From positions 1 to 55,761 of the forward strand of contig CAZMIB010000002.1 in the NCBI GenBank assembly GCA_964566245.1: a DNA stretch of 55,761 nucleotides. The letters are read 5' to 3'. A program made the translations under genes and the position numbers. Below are positions 1 through 7,872 of the stretch, one piece after another (within the stretch, counting starts at the first letter, position 1; each line of letters opens with the position of its first letter). The stretch comes from an uncultured Elusimicrobia bacterium. Lineage in GTDB: Bacteria; Elusimicrobiota; Elusimicrobia; CAZMIB01. Below the pieces are notes generated by a model, which did not search any database, was not told the DNA's origin, and worked only from the letters and a program-made list of their open reading frames with translations.

Positions 1-4
1 CGGC

Positions 5-229
5 TTACTCGCTCACGTGTCCGATCAGGACCAGCCCGAAGCGGATCGACGCCGCCGTCGCCGCGCGGCTCGCCGTGCCGCCGAGGGTCAGGTCGGCCGC
101 CCACTCCTCGTGCCCCTCGCGCTTGAAGAGGCGCGCCGCGCCCGCCTTCGGCGCGGCGCCTTCCGGAGCGGCGAGGTAGAGGGGCAGGGAGGGGGCCGCC
201 GGGCGCAGAACAGGGGCTTTGGTAGCATT
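5..229 (-). CDS. possible coding segment in an alternative frame at or after the 3' end of Pro-rich paralog A (no canonical start codon)
   Basis: Minus-strand frame open between TAA (232..230) and TAA (7..5). Almost every third codon position is G/C, better than the frame of ORF 88..1551 over the same bases. Translates ...LYLAAPEGAAPKAGAARLFKREGHEEWAADLTLGGTASRAATAASIRFGLVLIGHVSE*. No in-frame ATG/GTG/TTG. Confidence 0.25.
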   Translation of the reverse strand, partial: NATKAPVLRPAAPSLPLYLAAPEGAAPKAGAARLFKREGHEEWAADLTLGGTASRAATAASIRFGLVLIGHVSE

Positions 230-1086
230 TTATTGCGGCCCGGTTGGGCCGGGGCCGCAAGAAGCCAATTCGTATGCGTCAGATAGGTAAGAGTGTCGGG
301 ATGTGCTTCGAACACCTTCATCAGCGTCGATCGATCCGCGGCCAAGGCGTGCATCGAGGGACACGCCGCGAAGCGATGCGCCAGCTCCGACTGCACGGCC
401 GCCTCGGCCGTCGCGCCGTTGGACAGGATGCTCTTGAAAAAGGACGTATCCTCGGTCAGCGGACGGATCCCGGGCTGCGGCTGTCCGCTGAGAAAAGCCG
501 CCAAGACTCCTTCGTTGGAGCACATCCTGCGCATCGGCTCACGGCTCATGACGCCGTCGGCGACGAAGCCGTTGTTCAACAGAAGCCTCAACAGGCGCGG
601 CGAGCCGGCGATGCGCCGGCCGATGGATTTCACGACGTCCGGCATCGCCCCGGCCGAGAACGCCTCCTTATGTCCGGATGGAAGGCCCGCGTTCTCCAGC
701 GCCTTTTGCTCGGCCGGCGTCATCGGGTCGCGTTCCGTCCTCGAACCCGAGCCCCCCGCCTCCGACGTCCAGGCGGCTCCCCCCGCGGAGGCCGCTCGCG
801 GCGGAGGTGCCGGAGCCGGCGCGGAGGGCGCGGGAGGACGCGTGATCTCTCGGACCGCCGGGGCGATAGCCTCATGCGAGCCCTTGAGTCCGTAGCCCGG
901 CGCGACCGAGGCCACCGGACCCAAGGCGCGCTCCTCGTCCTCCGGCTCCGGCTCCGCGACGTCCGCCCGCGGAGCAGGCCGCACCACGCGCGCCGGCGAA
1001 GGCGACGTCCAATGGAAAATGCGCGCCAAGGCCATCCCGGCGACGAAGCAGACCGCCAGCCAGTAGAGCTTCCAACCGGGCTTCAT
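88..1086 (-). CDS. membrane-anchored Pro/Ala-rich protein with conserved C-terminal helical domain, paralog A (3' end uncertain)
   Basis: Internal ATG at 1086 (MKPGWKLYWLAVCFVAGMALA, N-terminal TM helix) overlaps the stop of paralog B as ATGA. Colinear similarity to ORF 1083..1994 (AGSPRLL..LL.NNGF.ADGVMSR.PMRR.C.NE.VLA..LSGQ.QPG.RP...CPSMHALA...PDTLT). The upstream part of ORF 88..1551 is run-through. Confidence 0.6.
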   Translation of the reverse strand: MKPGWKLYWLAVCFVAGMALARIFHWTSPSPARVVRPAPRADVAEPEPEDEERALGPVASVAPGYGLKGSHEAIAPAVREITRPPAPSAPAPAPPPRAASAGGAAWTSEAGGSGSRTERDPMTPAEQKALENAGLPSGHKEAFSAGAMPDVVKSIGRRIAGSPRLLRLLLNNGFVADGVMSREPMRRMCSNEGVLAAFLSGQPQPGIRPLTEDTSFFKSILSNGATAEAAVQSELAHRFAACPSMHALAADRSTLMKVFEAHPDTLTYLTHTNWLLAAPAQPGRNKMLPKPLFCARRPPPCPSTSPLRKAPRRRRARRASSSARGTRSGRPT

Positions 1087-1994
1087 GGCGTGGACGCCCC
1101 CGAGGCGCGGCCGACGGCGGCCGACGAGGCGCTTTGGAGCATCCCCATCGCGTCCGGATCGCTCGCCAGCGTCGACAAGAAAGTCGGGTTCGACAGAAAA
1201 GTCAGCGTATCCGGATTCGCGGCGAACACCTTCTTCAACGCCGGGGGATCGCCGGCCAAGGCGTGCATCGACGGGCACGCCTCCAGCCGTCGCGCCAGCT
1301 CGGACTGCAGGCCGGCATGGGCCGTCTCGCCGTCGCGAAGCATATCCTTCAAGAAGGCGGACGTCTCGTTCATCGGCCGAAGACCCGGCTGATCCTGGCC
1401 CGAAAGGTAACCTGCAAGAACGTCCTCGTTCGCGCACAGCCTGCGCATCGGGGCCCGACTCATGACTCCATCCGCGATGAAACCGTTGTTGAACAAAAGT
1501 CCCAGCAGGCGCGGCGAACCGGCGACACGCAGGCTCATGGACTCCATCCAATCCGAGCTCGAGCCGGCGGCGAAGGCGGCTTTCTCCTCGGTCGGGATCC
1601 CGGCCTTCTCGAGCGCGAGGCGGTCGGCCGGGGTTATCGAGTCGCGCCCCGCGCGCGATCCCGAGCCGCTCCCCTCAGGAACCCATGCGGCGGTTGCCTT
1701 GGACGCCTCGCGCGGAGGAGCCGGAGCCGCCGCGGGAACCATCGGCGCGCTGATCGACCCGCGCGCGGCGACCGCCTTGGACGACCGCGCGCCTGTCAGT
1801 CCTAGGCCCGGAGCGACCGTAGGGACGCGGCCGGACATGGCCGGCTCCTCGCCGTCGTTCGGAGTTTCCGCTGCCCGCGGCTTCGGTCGAAAATGCGGCA
1901 CGGGCTCGTCGGGGGGCGGCTTCAGGTAGCGCGCCAGGACGATCCCGGCGAAAAAGCACACCGCCAGGAAATAAAGCTTGCCCGCGAGCTTCAT
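1083..1994 (-). CDS. membrane-anchored Pro/Ala-rich protein, paralog B
   Basis: 303 aa ORF. N-terminal TM helix (KLYFLAVCFFAGIVLA), Pro-rich linker, C-terminal domain shared with paralog A. ATGA overlap with the upstream 116-aa gene. Confidence 0.7.
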   Translation of the reverse strand: MKLAGKLYFLAVCFFAGIVLARYLKPPPDEPVPHFRPKPRAAETPNDGEEPAMSGRVPTVAPGLGLTGARSSKAVAARGSISAPMVPAAAPAPPREASKATAAWVPEGSGSGSRAGRDSITPADRLALEKAGIPTEEKAAFAAGSSSDWMESMSLRVAGSPRLLGLLFNNGFIADGVMSRAPMRRLCANEDVLAGYLSGQDQPGLRPMNETSAFLKDMLRDGETAHAGLQSELARRLEACPSMHALAGDPPALKKVFAANPDTLTFLSNPTFLSTLASDPDAMGMLQSASSAAVGRASGASTP

Positions 1995-2341
1995 GGGCCG
2001 GGCGCCCGCCGCGCGCGGTTCGCGGCCGGCGTCGCGGAGGAGACCTTGACGGTTCCCCCCCGCGCGGAGATCGGCGCCCCATCGGATCTTTCGTAGATGA
2101 CGGGAGAGGCCTTGTCGTCGTAGTAAGCCGGCAGGCCCGCGGGGATGACGATGGGACGGCCGGGTGGCGGCGCCGCGGGAGGCGGCGCGGCCTGCGGTTT
2201 GACGGCGGCCTTAGGCGCGGGTCTTGGCGTCCGGACCGCGGGACGATCCTGGACGTTGTCCCACGACCTCAGGCCGAGCTTAAAGCCCCACCCGAAGGCG
2301 AGGCAGCCCACCGCGAACCAGAACCAGGAGAACCGGCCCAT
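1991..2341 (-). CDS. small membrane-anchored Pro-rich protein
   Basis: 116 aa. TM helix FSWFWFAVGCLAFGWGF followed by PAPKAAVKPQAAPPPAAPPPG. Directly downstream of valS in the same orientation. Confidence 0.6.
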   Translation of the reverse strand: MGRFSWFWFAVGCLAFGWGFKLGLRSWDNVQDRPAVRTPRPAPKAAVKPQAAPPPAAPPPGRPIVIPAGLPAYYDDKASPVIYERSDGAPISARGGTVKVSSATPAANRARRAPGP

Positions 2342-2393
2342 GGAGGAGTCGAAGAATGACTCCCCAGAAGTCTAACAGGGGTCCGGCCGGGCG

Positions 2394-5117
2394 TCAATCC
2401 AGGCTTCGGAGGGCGTCCGAGAGCTGGCGCTTCTTCAGCTCGGCGTCCGAGAGGGTCGCGCGCACGCGGTCGACCTCCTCTTTCGGAGCGCGGCTGACGA
2501 AGGCCTCGTTCGCGAGCTTGTTGGACAAGGAAGCGATGTCCTTGCCCATCTTCTCCAGCTCCTTCGCGAGGCGGGCTTTCTCTTTCTCGAAGTCGATGAG
2601 ACCCTCGAGCGGGACGTAGATCGACAGGCCTTGGACCACCGCGGTCGCCGCGTGGCGCGGCTTGCCGCCGTTGGCCTCGACGCTGAGCGCCTCAAGACGC
2701 GCGAGGTGCGCGACGTAGGCCGAGGAGCCGGCCAGGGCTTCCCGCGCGTCCTTATCGGAGCCGGAGGCGACGGCCTTCACCTTCAAGCCCGGCGGCACGT
2801 TGAACTGGCTGCGTATCGTCCGAACGGCGGTCGTGACCGCCATCAGCAGGCCCATGCGGGCCTCGGACGCGGCGTCGATAAGCGCCGGGCGCGGCGACGG
2901 CAGGCGCGCGCGCAGCAGGCGCGTCTCGGTCTCCGCGGTGTAGGGCCTCAGCGCCTGGGACAGCTCCTCGGTGATGAACGGCATGAACGGGTGCAGCAGC
3001 TTCAGCGTCCCATAGAGGATCTCGACCAGCACCGCCTGGGCCGTGCGCTTGCTCTTCTCGTCCGTCCCTTGCAGGCGCAGCTTGGCCAACTCGATGTACC
3101 AGTCGCAGAACTCGTCCCACAAAAAGCCGTACAGCCCCTGGGCCGCGGCCGCGAGGTCGTAGGCGCGCGCCGACGCGGCGCAGGCCTCGAGAGTCCGCTC
3201 GTAGCGGCTCAAAATCCAGCTGTCCGCGAGCTCGAGGTCTTCCGGCTTGTAGACCAGCCGCTCCGGCGTCGGCGGCAGGTTCATCAGCACGAAGCGGCTC
3301 GAGTTCCACAGCTTGTTCGCGAAGTTGCGCGGCCCGACCATCGACTCCTCGCCGAACTGGATGTCGCGGCCCGGAACCGCCTGGCTGATCAAGGCGAAGC
3401 GCATCGCGTCGGTGCCGAACTTCTCGATCAGCACCAGCGGGTCGACGACGTTGCCGAGCGACTTCGACATCTTCTTGCCGAAGCGGTCGCGCACGATCCC
3501 GTGAATGTAGACGTCCTTGAACGGGACCTCGCCCATGAACTCCAGGCCCATCATCACCATGCGCGCGACCCAGAGGTAGATGATCTCGTAGCCGGTCACG
3601 AGCACGCTGGTCGGATAGAAGAACTCCAGGTCTTTCGTCTTCTCGGGCCAGCCGAACACGGAGAACGGCCAGAGCCCCGAGGAGAACCAGGTGTCGAGCA
3701 CGTCCGGATCCTGCATCATCGGACCGGAGTGGCCGGCGGCGCACTTTTGCGGCGTCTCAAGCGAGAAAAAGCCCTTCGCGCCGGGCGGCACGCGGTTCGG
3801 GACCGGGTCGCTCGGCGTCAGCCCCATGTCGGCCAACGGGCCGGCGTTGCAGGTCAGGCAGTACCAGACCGGGATGCGATGGCCCCACCAGATCTGGCGC
3901 GAGATGCACCAGTCCTTTATGCCTTTCAGCCACTCGACGAACGGTCCCTTCCACGACTCCGGGTGGAAGCGAACCTTGCCGGACTCGGCGGCATGAACCG
4001 CCGGCGCGGCCAGGTCTCCCATTTTGACGAACCACTGCTCGGAGACGAGCGGCTCGATGACCTGCTGGCAGCGGTAGCACACCGGCACCGAGTGCGGGTA
4101 ATCGTCGATCTTCTCGATCAGGCCGTCGGCCTGCAGATCCTCGAGCACCTTCTCGCGCGCTTTCTCGCGCGACAATCCCTGGTAGCGCGCCCCGGCGTCG
4201 ACGGTCATCTTTCCGTCGAAGCCGATGACGACCACCGAGGGCAGGTTGTGCTTCCTTCCGAGCTCGAAGTCGACCGGATCGTGCGCCGGGGTGACCTTGA
4301 GCGCGCCCTCGCCGAAGCCCGCGTCGATCGACGCGTCGGCGACGACCGGAATGTCGCGCCCGGTCAAAGGCAGGCGGACCTTCTTGCCGATCATCCCCTT
4401 CCACTTCTCGGAGTCGGGGTGCACCGCGACCGCCGTGTCGCCGAGCATCGTCTCGGGGCGGGTCGTCGCGACGACCACGCCGCGCGAGCCGTCTAGAGCC
4501 GGGTAATGGATGTGCCAAAGCTTGCCCTTGCGGTCCTCGTGCTCGACCTCGATGTCCGAGAGAGCGGTGCCGCAGCGCACGCACCAGTTGATCATCCGCG
4601 GGCCGCGGTAGATCACGCCCTTCTTCCACAGGCGCTCGAAGGCCGCGTAGACGGCGCGCGCGCAGGGATCCTCCATCGTGAAGCGCTTGCGGCTCCAGTC
4701 GAGCGCGCAGCCCATGCGCGTGAGCTGGCCCAGGATCGTGTCGCCGCACTCGCGGCGCCAGTTCCACATCCGCTCGAGGAACTTCTCGCGGCCCAAATCG
4801 TTACGGGTCTTCCCCTCGGCCTTCAGCAGCTTCTCGACGACGTTCTGCGTCGCGATGCCGCCGTGGTCGGTGCCCGGCACCCACAAGGAAACGTCCCCGG
4901 ACATGCGCCGCATGCGGACGACGACGTCCTGCAGGCTGTCGTTCAGCGCATGGCCCATGTGCAGGGCCCCGGTGATGTTCGGAGGCGGGATGACGACGAC
5001 GAACGGCGTCTCGCGCGAGCGGTCGCCCGGCTCGACGCGGTACAGACCCTCGTCGATCCAAGCCTTGGCCCATCGTTCCTCGACGGGCTTGGGGGTGTAG
5101 GTTTTTTCGAGTTCCAT
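2394..5117 (-). CDS. valS: valine--tRNA ligase
   Basis: 907 aa. Class I HIGH region (PPPNITGALHMGHAL), KMSKS motif (KMSKSLGN), C-terminal coiled-coil tail typical of ValRS. Confidence 0.97.
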   Translation of the reverse strand: MELEKTYTPKPVEERWAKAWIDEGLYRVEPGDRSRETPFVVVIPPPNITGALHMGHALNDSLQDVVVRMRRMSGDVSLWVPGTDHGGIATQNVVEKLLKAEGKTRNDLGREKFLERMWNWRRECGDTILGQLTRMGCALDWSRKRFTMEDPCARAVYAAFERLWKKGVIYRGPRMINWCVRCGTALSDIEVEHEDRKGKLWHIHYPALDGSRGVVVATTRPETMLGDTAVAVHPDSEKWKGMIGKKVRLPLTGRDIPVVADASIDAGFGEGALKVTPAHDPVDFELGRKHNLPSVVVIGFDGKMTVDAGARYQGLSREKAREKVLEDLQADGLIEKIDDYPHSVPVCYRCQQVIEPLVSEQWFVKMGDLAAPAVHAAESGKVRFHPESWKGPFVEWLKGIKDWCISRQIWWGHRIPVWYCLTCNAGPLADMGLTPSDPVPNRVPPGAKGFFSLETPQKCAAGHSGPMMQDPDVLDTWFSSGLWPFSVFGWPEKTKDLEFFYPTSVLVTGYEIIYLWVARMVMMGLEFMGEVPFKDVYIHGIVRDRFGKKMSKSLGNVVDPLVLIEKFGTDAMRFALISQAVPGRDIQFGEESMVGPRNFANKLWNSSRFVLMNLPPTPERLVYKPEDLELADSWILSRYERTLEACAASARAYDLAAAAQGLYGFLWDEFCDWYIELAKLRLQGTDEKSKRTAQAVLVEILYGTLKLLHPFMPFITEELSQALRPYTAETETRLLRARLPSPRPALIDAASEARMGLLMAVTTAVRTIRSQFNVPPGLKVKAVASGSDKDAREALAGSSAYVAHLARLEALSVEANGGKPRHAATAVVQGLSIYVPLEGLIDFEKEKARLAKELEKMGKDIASLSNKLANEAFVSRAPKEEVDRVRATLSDAELKKRQLSDALRSLD

Positions 5118-5172
5118 GAGAGTGGGGAACCCGAATTATAGCACTTCGCGCTCTCTCGTCAGAACCGCGAGG

Positions 5173-5370
5173 TCACTTCGGGGGCCAGGGCGGGCGCTGA
5201 ACCTCCCGCCGGTAGAGGACTTTCGCTTCCATGGTCCCGATATCCAACATCTTGATCACGAAGCGCAGCGGGGAAGACGAGTCCGACGGAGCCCCCTCCC
5301 GGGCCGCGTAAATCAGCGACTTCCCGTCCTCCGTCCAGACGAGTTGGACGGCCCCGTCCGCGGAGACCCG
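5173..5370 (-). pseudogene. 3' fragment of a beta-propeller (PD40/TolB-like repeat) gene lacking its 5' part
   Basis: Minus-strand frame ...RVSADGAVQLVWTEDGKSLIYAAREGAPSDSSSPLRFVIKMLDIGTMEAKVLYRREVQRPPWPPK* ending at TGA 5175..5173. High GC3. No plausible start; protein-like sequence stops at about 5370. Confidence 0.3.
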
Positions 5371-5372
5371 GC

Positions 5373-5756
5373 GGCAAGGTCGGCATAGGCACGCCCGCGC
5401 CCAGGGCGACGCTGGACGTCAACGGACTGGTCAGACTCTGGAACTACTCAAACGTCGGAGAGCCCCCGGGCCAAGAAGGTTCGGTCTACTACAACGCCGC
5501 GACCAAGCATTTCCGGGGCTTCAAGAACGGACGCTGGGGCGACCTGGGAATGGATTTCTCGAAATGCCAGATCTGCTTCGCCTACGCCGCGGACTGGGAC
5601 GGCGGGCAGTGCAACTCCGAGTCATGGGACGGCACCTCGTTCGGCTCCGGAGTCATCTGCGCCCCGTTCGGGCAGTGGATGCCGCGCTACCGCGACGACA
5701 CGGACGACCGGCCCGGCGGCTGCCGCATGTCCTGGAAGATCGACTGCGCTCCCTGA
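5373..5756 (+). pseudogene. 5'-truncated paralog of the tail-fibre-like Gly-rich protein (32846..33820) with a different, Cys-rich C-terminal domain
   Basis: Frame of ORF 5550..5756 stays open upstream to 5256 with no ATG/GTG/TTG. GKVGIGTPAPRATLDVNGLVRLWNY..GSVYYNAATKHFRGFKNGRWGDLG aligns with GKVGIGTPSPSSTLDVGGQLRAASG..GMIYYNTATNQFRAFQNGAWGSFG of the 324-aa protein. The signal/anchor and first ~60 aa of that protein have no counterpart here. Only the last 68 aa (7 Cys) follow an ATG. Confidence 0.5.
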
Positions 5757-5758
5757 TT

Positions 5759-6925
5759 TCAGGGAGGGGTCAGCGAAAGCAGCAAGGCTAGCGACGCGAA
5801 CGCCGCCCCCGCGCCGAAAGTCGCGGCGGGGCCCATCTTGTCCCACAACAGGCCCGCGAAGACGCTCGAGCCCAGCGCGGCCAGACCGCTCGCGAGGTTG
5901 AACAAGCCAAAGGCCGTCCCGCGTATGTCGCGCGGCGCGGACGAGGCGACCATCGCGGAGAGCAAGCCCTGGGTCAGACCCATGTGCAAGCCCCATAGGC
6001 CTACGCCCACCGCGACCAGAGGCAAGCCTCGCGCGCCCGCCAGGGTGACGTCCGCGGCAAACAAAACGAGCATGCCCGCGCCGAGAAGCACTCGACGGTC
6101 CATACGATCGGAAAGCTCCCCCGCCGGATAGGCCGCAAGCGCGTAGACGACGTTCATCGTCACGAGCACGGCCGGAGCGAGCGCGTCCGGAAGGCCCGCG
6201 CCGCGCGCGCGGAGGATCAGGAACGCCTCGCTGAATCTCGCTAAAGAGAAGACCGCTCCGAGAGCCAGGACGCGCCAGTAGCCGGTGCCGAGGCCCCCCA
6301 GGGCAGCGCGATGGATCGTCCAGCGCGGCTCCGTTTTTCCGGCCGGCTCGGGCTCGCGGATGCCGAAGGCCAGCAGCAGCACCGACAGCGCGGCCGGGAT
6401 CACCGCGACCCAGAACGCGAAACGGAAGCCCCCGGGGCGGCGCGCCAACAGCAGCATCGCGAGCAGCGGCCCGATGAAGGCGCCGACCGTGTCGAGCGCC
6501 TGCCGCAGGCCGTAAGCCGCGCCGCGGACCGGCTCGGGCGTCAGGTCGGCGATCAAAGCGTCGCGCGGAGCCCCGCGCAGGCCCTTGCCGATCCGGTCCA
6601 TGAAGCGCGCGCCCAGCACCCAGCGCACCGAGACGGCCGTCGCGAACAGCGGCTTCGAAAGGGCCGCGAGCCCGTAGCCGAGCACCGCGAGCTCCTTGCG
6701 CCGGTTGAGCCAGTCGCTGAGCGTCCCGGAGAACACCTTCGCGATCTGCGCGGTCGCCTCGGCGACGCCCTCGACGAAACCGACGGCCGAGGCGCTCGCG
6801 CCCAGGACCGAGACCATGAACACCGGCAGCAGGCCGTGGATCAGCTCGGAGGAGGCGTCCATCAGCAGGCTGACGAAGCCCAAGGTCCAGACGGCTCGCG
6901 GGACGCGCCGGTCGACGGAAGGCAT
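5759..6925 (-). CDS. MFS transporter
   Basis: 388 aa, about 12 hydrophobic segments. MFS-type loop motif GTLSDWLNRRK between TM2 and TM3, repeated as GELSDRMDRR in the second half. Confidence 0.9.
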   Translation of the reverse strand: MPSVDRRVPRAVWTLGFVSLLMDASSELIHGLLPVFMVSVLGASASAVGFVEGVAEATAQIAKVFSGTLSDWLNRRKELAVLGYGLAALSKPLFATAVSVRWVLGARFMDRIGKGLRGAPRDALIADLTPEPVRGAAYGLRQALDTVGAFIGPLLAMLLLARRPGGFRFAFWVAVIPAALSVLLLAFGIREPEPAGKTEPRWTIHRAALGGLGTGYWRVLALGAVFSLARFSEAFLILRARGAGLPDALAPAVLVTMNVVYALAAYPAGELSDRMDRRVLLGAGMLVLFAADVTLAGARGLPLVAVGVGLWGLHMGLTQGLLSAMVASSAPRDIRGTAFGLFNLASGLAALGSSVFAGLLWDKMGPAATFGAGAAFASLALLLSLTPP

Positions 6926-6942
6926 GGGTGGAGCGCTCGAGC

Positions 6943-7737
6943 TCAGCGGCGGTCGCTCAGCCTGCGGGTGGCCTCGGGGTTCATCGCGAACCAGGCCGAG
7001 ACGCCGGGCTCGTCCATCAGCGCGCCGACCGCGGCGGGGTCGGAAAGGAAGGCCTGCACGGCGGGAGCGGCGAGCAGGCGCTGGGCGAACGGGCTCGCGG
7101 CCATCGCCTTCACGGTCGGCGGGTCGGCCAAGGCGGGCGTGGCCAGGACCGCCCCGACGATCTTGGAGTTGCCGAGCACCAGGCGCAGCGACTTGGGGCT
7201 GGTCAAGGTCGCGTTGACGACCGGGATCTTAAGATACCGGTCCATCGCCGCGGGGTCCTTAAGCCAGGCCTGGAATATTTCCGGAGAGCGCAAGGCGGTC
7301 TTGCTCAGCAGGAACGAGGACGGCTCGCGCCACAGCCACTCCCAGGAGCTTTTCGGCGGAGGCCCGGACAGGGCGGCCCCGGCGCCCAGAGGCGGAGGCG
7401 CGGCCGGCCGCGCCAAGGGAGCTTGCATCGCGACCGAGCCGGCGGCCTCCCTGACCGCGGGCGGGGCGCTGGTGACGTCGGGCGCGCGGCCCGGGGGCGC
7501 GGAGCGGAGACCGCCGGTCGAGGCCGGAGTCCTCTCGCGTACGGGCACGGTCGAGCGGGGCTCGAAGGGTATCGCGACCCCGTCGCTCGGACCGCGCGAG
7601 GCCTCGTCGGAATGCCTGAGGCGATAAACGCTGAAGGCCCCGAACAACAGCAGGCCGGCCACGACGCCGACCAGCGACAGCGGGCCGCGGTAGACCGGCT
7701 TAGGCGCCCCCGAAGGCTCGTTATCAGCCATCGCCAC
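6943..7737 (-). CDS. membrane-anchored Pro-rich hypothetical protein
   Basis: 264 aa. Single TM (LSLVGVVAGLLLFGAFSVY), Pro/Ala-rich linker, C-terminal helical repeats (..DPAAM...SPKSL...DPPTV...DPAAV..) in the same style as the 88..1994 paralogs. Confidence 0.6.
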   Translation of the reverse strand: MAMADNEPSGAPKPVYRGPLSLVGVVAGLLLFGAFSVYRLRHSDEASRGPSDGVAIPFEPRSTVPVRERTPASTGGLRSAPPGRAPDVTSAPPAVREAAGSVAMQAPLARPAAPPPLGAGAALSGPPPKSSWEWLWREPSSFLLSKTALRSPEIFQAWLKDPAAMDRYLKIPVVNATLTSPKSLRLVLGNSKIVGAVLATPALADPPTVKAMAASPFAQRLLAAPAVQAFLSDPAAVGALMDEPGVSAWFAMNPEATRRLSDRR

Positions 7738-7837
7738 GCTCCCCCCGGAGTATAACAGCGGGGTCCGGGAGATTCAAGGACGGCCGGCCGGCGATCCCCA
7801 GGCGGATGACTAATTCACCCACACAGGTTAATTAGTA

Positions 7838-7866
7838 TTGACAAATTTACCCACATAGGTCATACT
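7838..7866 (+). promoter_or_regulatory. sigma70-type promoter for the DUF4143 ATPase, flanked by two 15-nt direct repeats
   Basis: TTGACA (7838..7843), 17 nt spacer, CATACT (7861..7866), 6 nt before ATG 7873. Repeats TTCACCCACACAGGT (7814..7828) and TTTACCCACATAGGT (7846..7860) lie 32 bp apart. Confidence 0.5.
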
Positions 7867-7872
7867 GTCATC

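Noticed and set aside
233-256. GC hairpin GCGGCCC..GGGCCGC near 233..256 as a terminator for paralog A
   Set aside because: The T-run lies on the wrong side of the stem for either transcription direction.
17-286. ORF 17..286 (+), 89 aa
   Set aside because: It is the codon-aligned antisense of the better minus-strand frame and consists of poly-Arg low-complexity sequence.
2631-4496. Very long antisense or off-frame ORFs (for example 2631..4496 +, 14423..16069 -, 18132..20027 -, 27793..28995 +, 43728..45416 +, 46126..47451 +, 36492..37628 +)
   Set aside because: They overlap confidently identified genes (valS, ribD/E, ligA, kbl, rpoD, dnaG, rho). They translate to Arg/Ala/Gly/Pro-rich low-complexity sequence. 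These are shadow ORFs expected in high-GC DNA.
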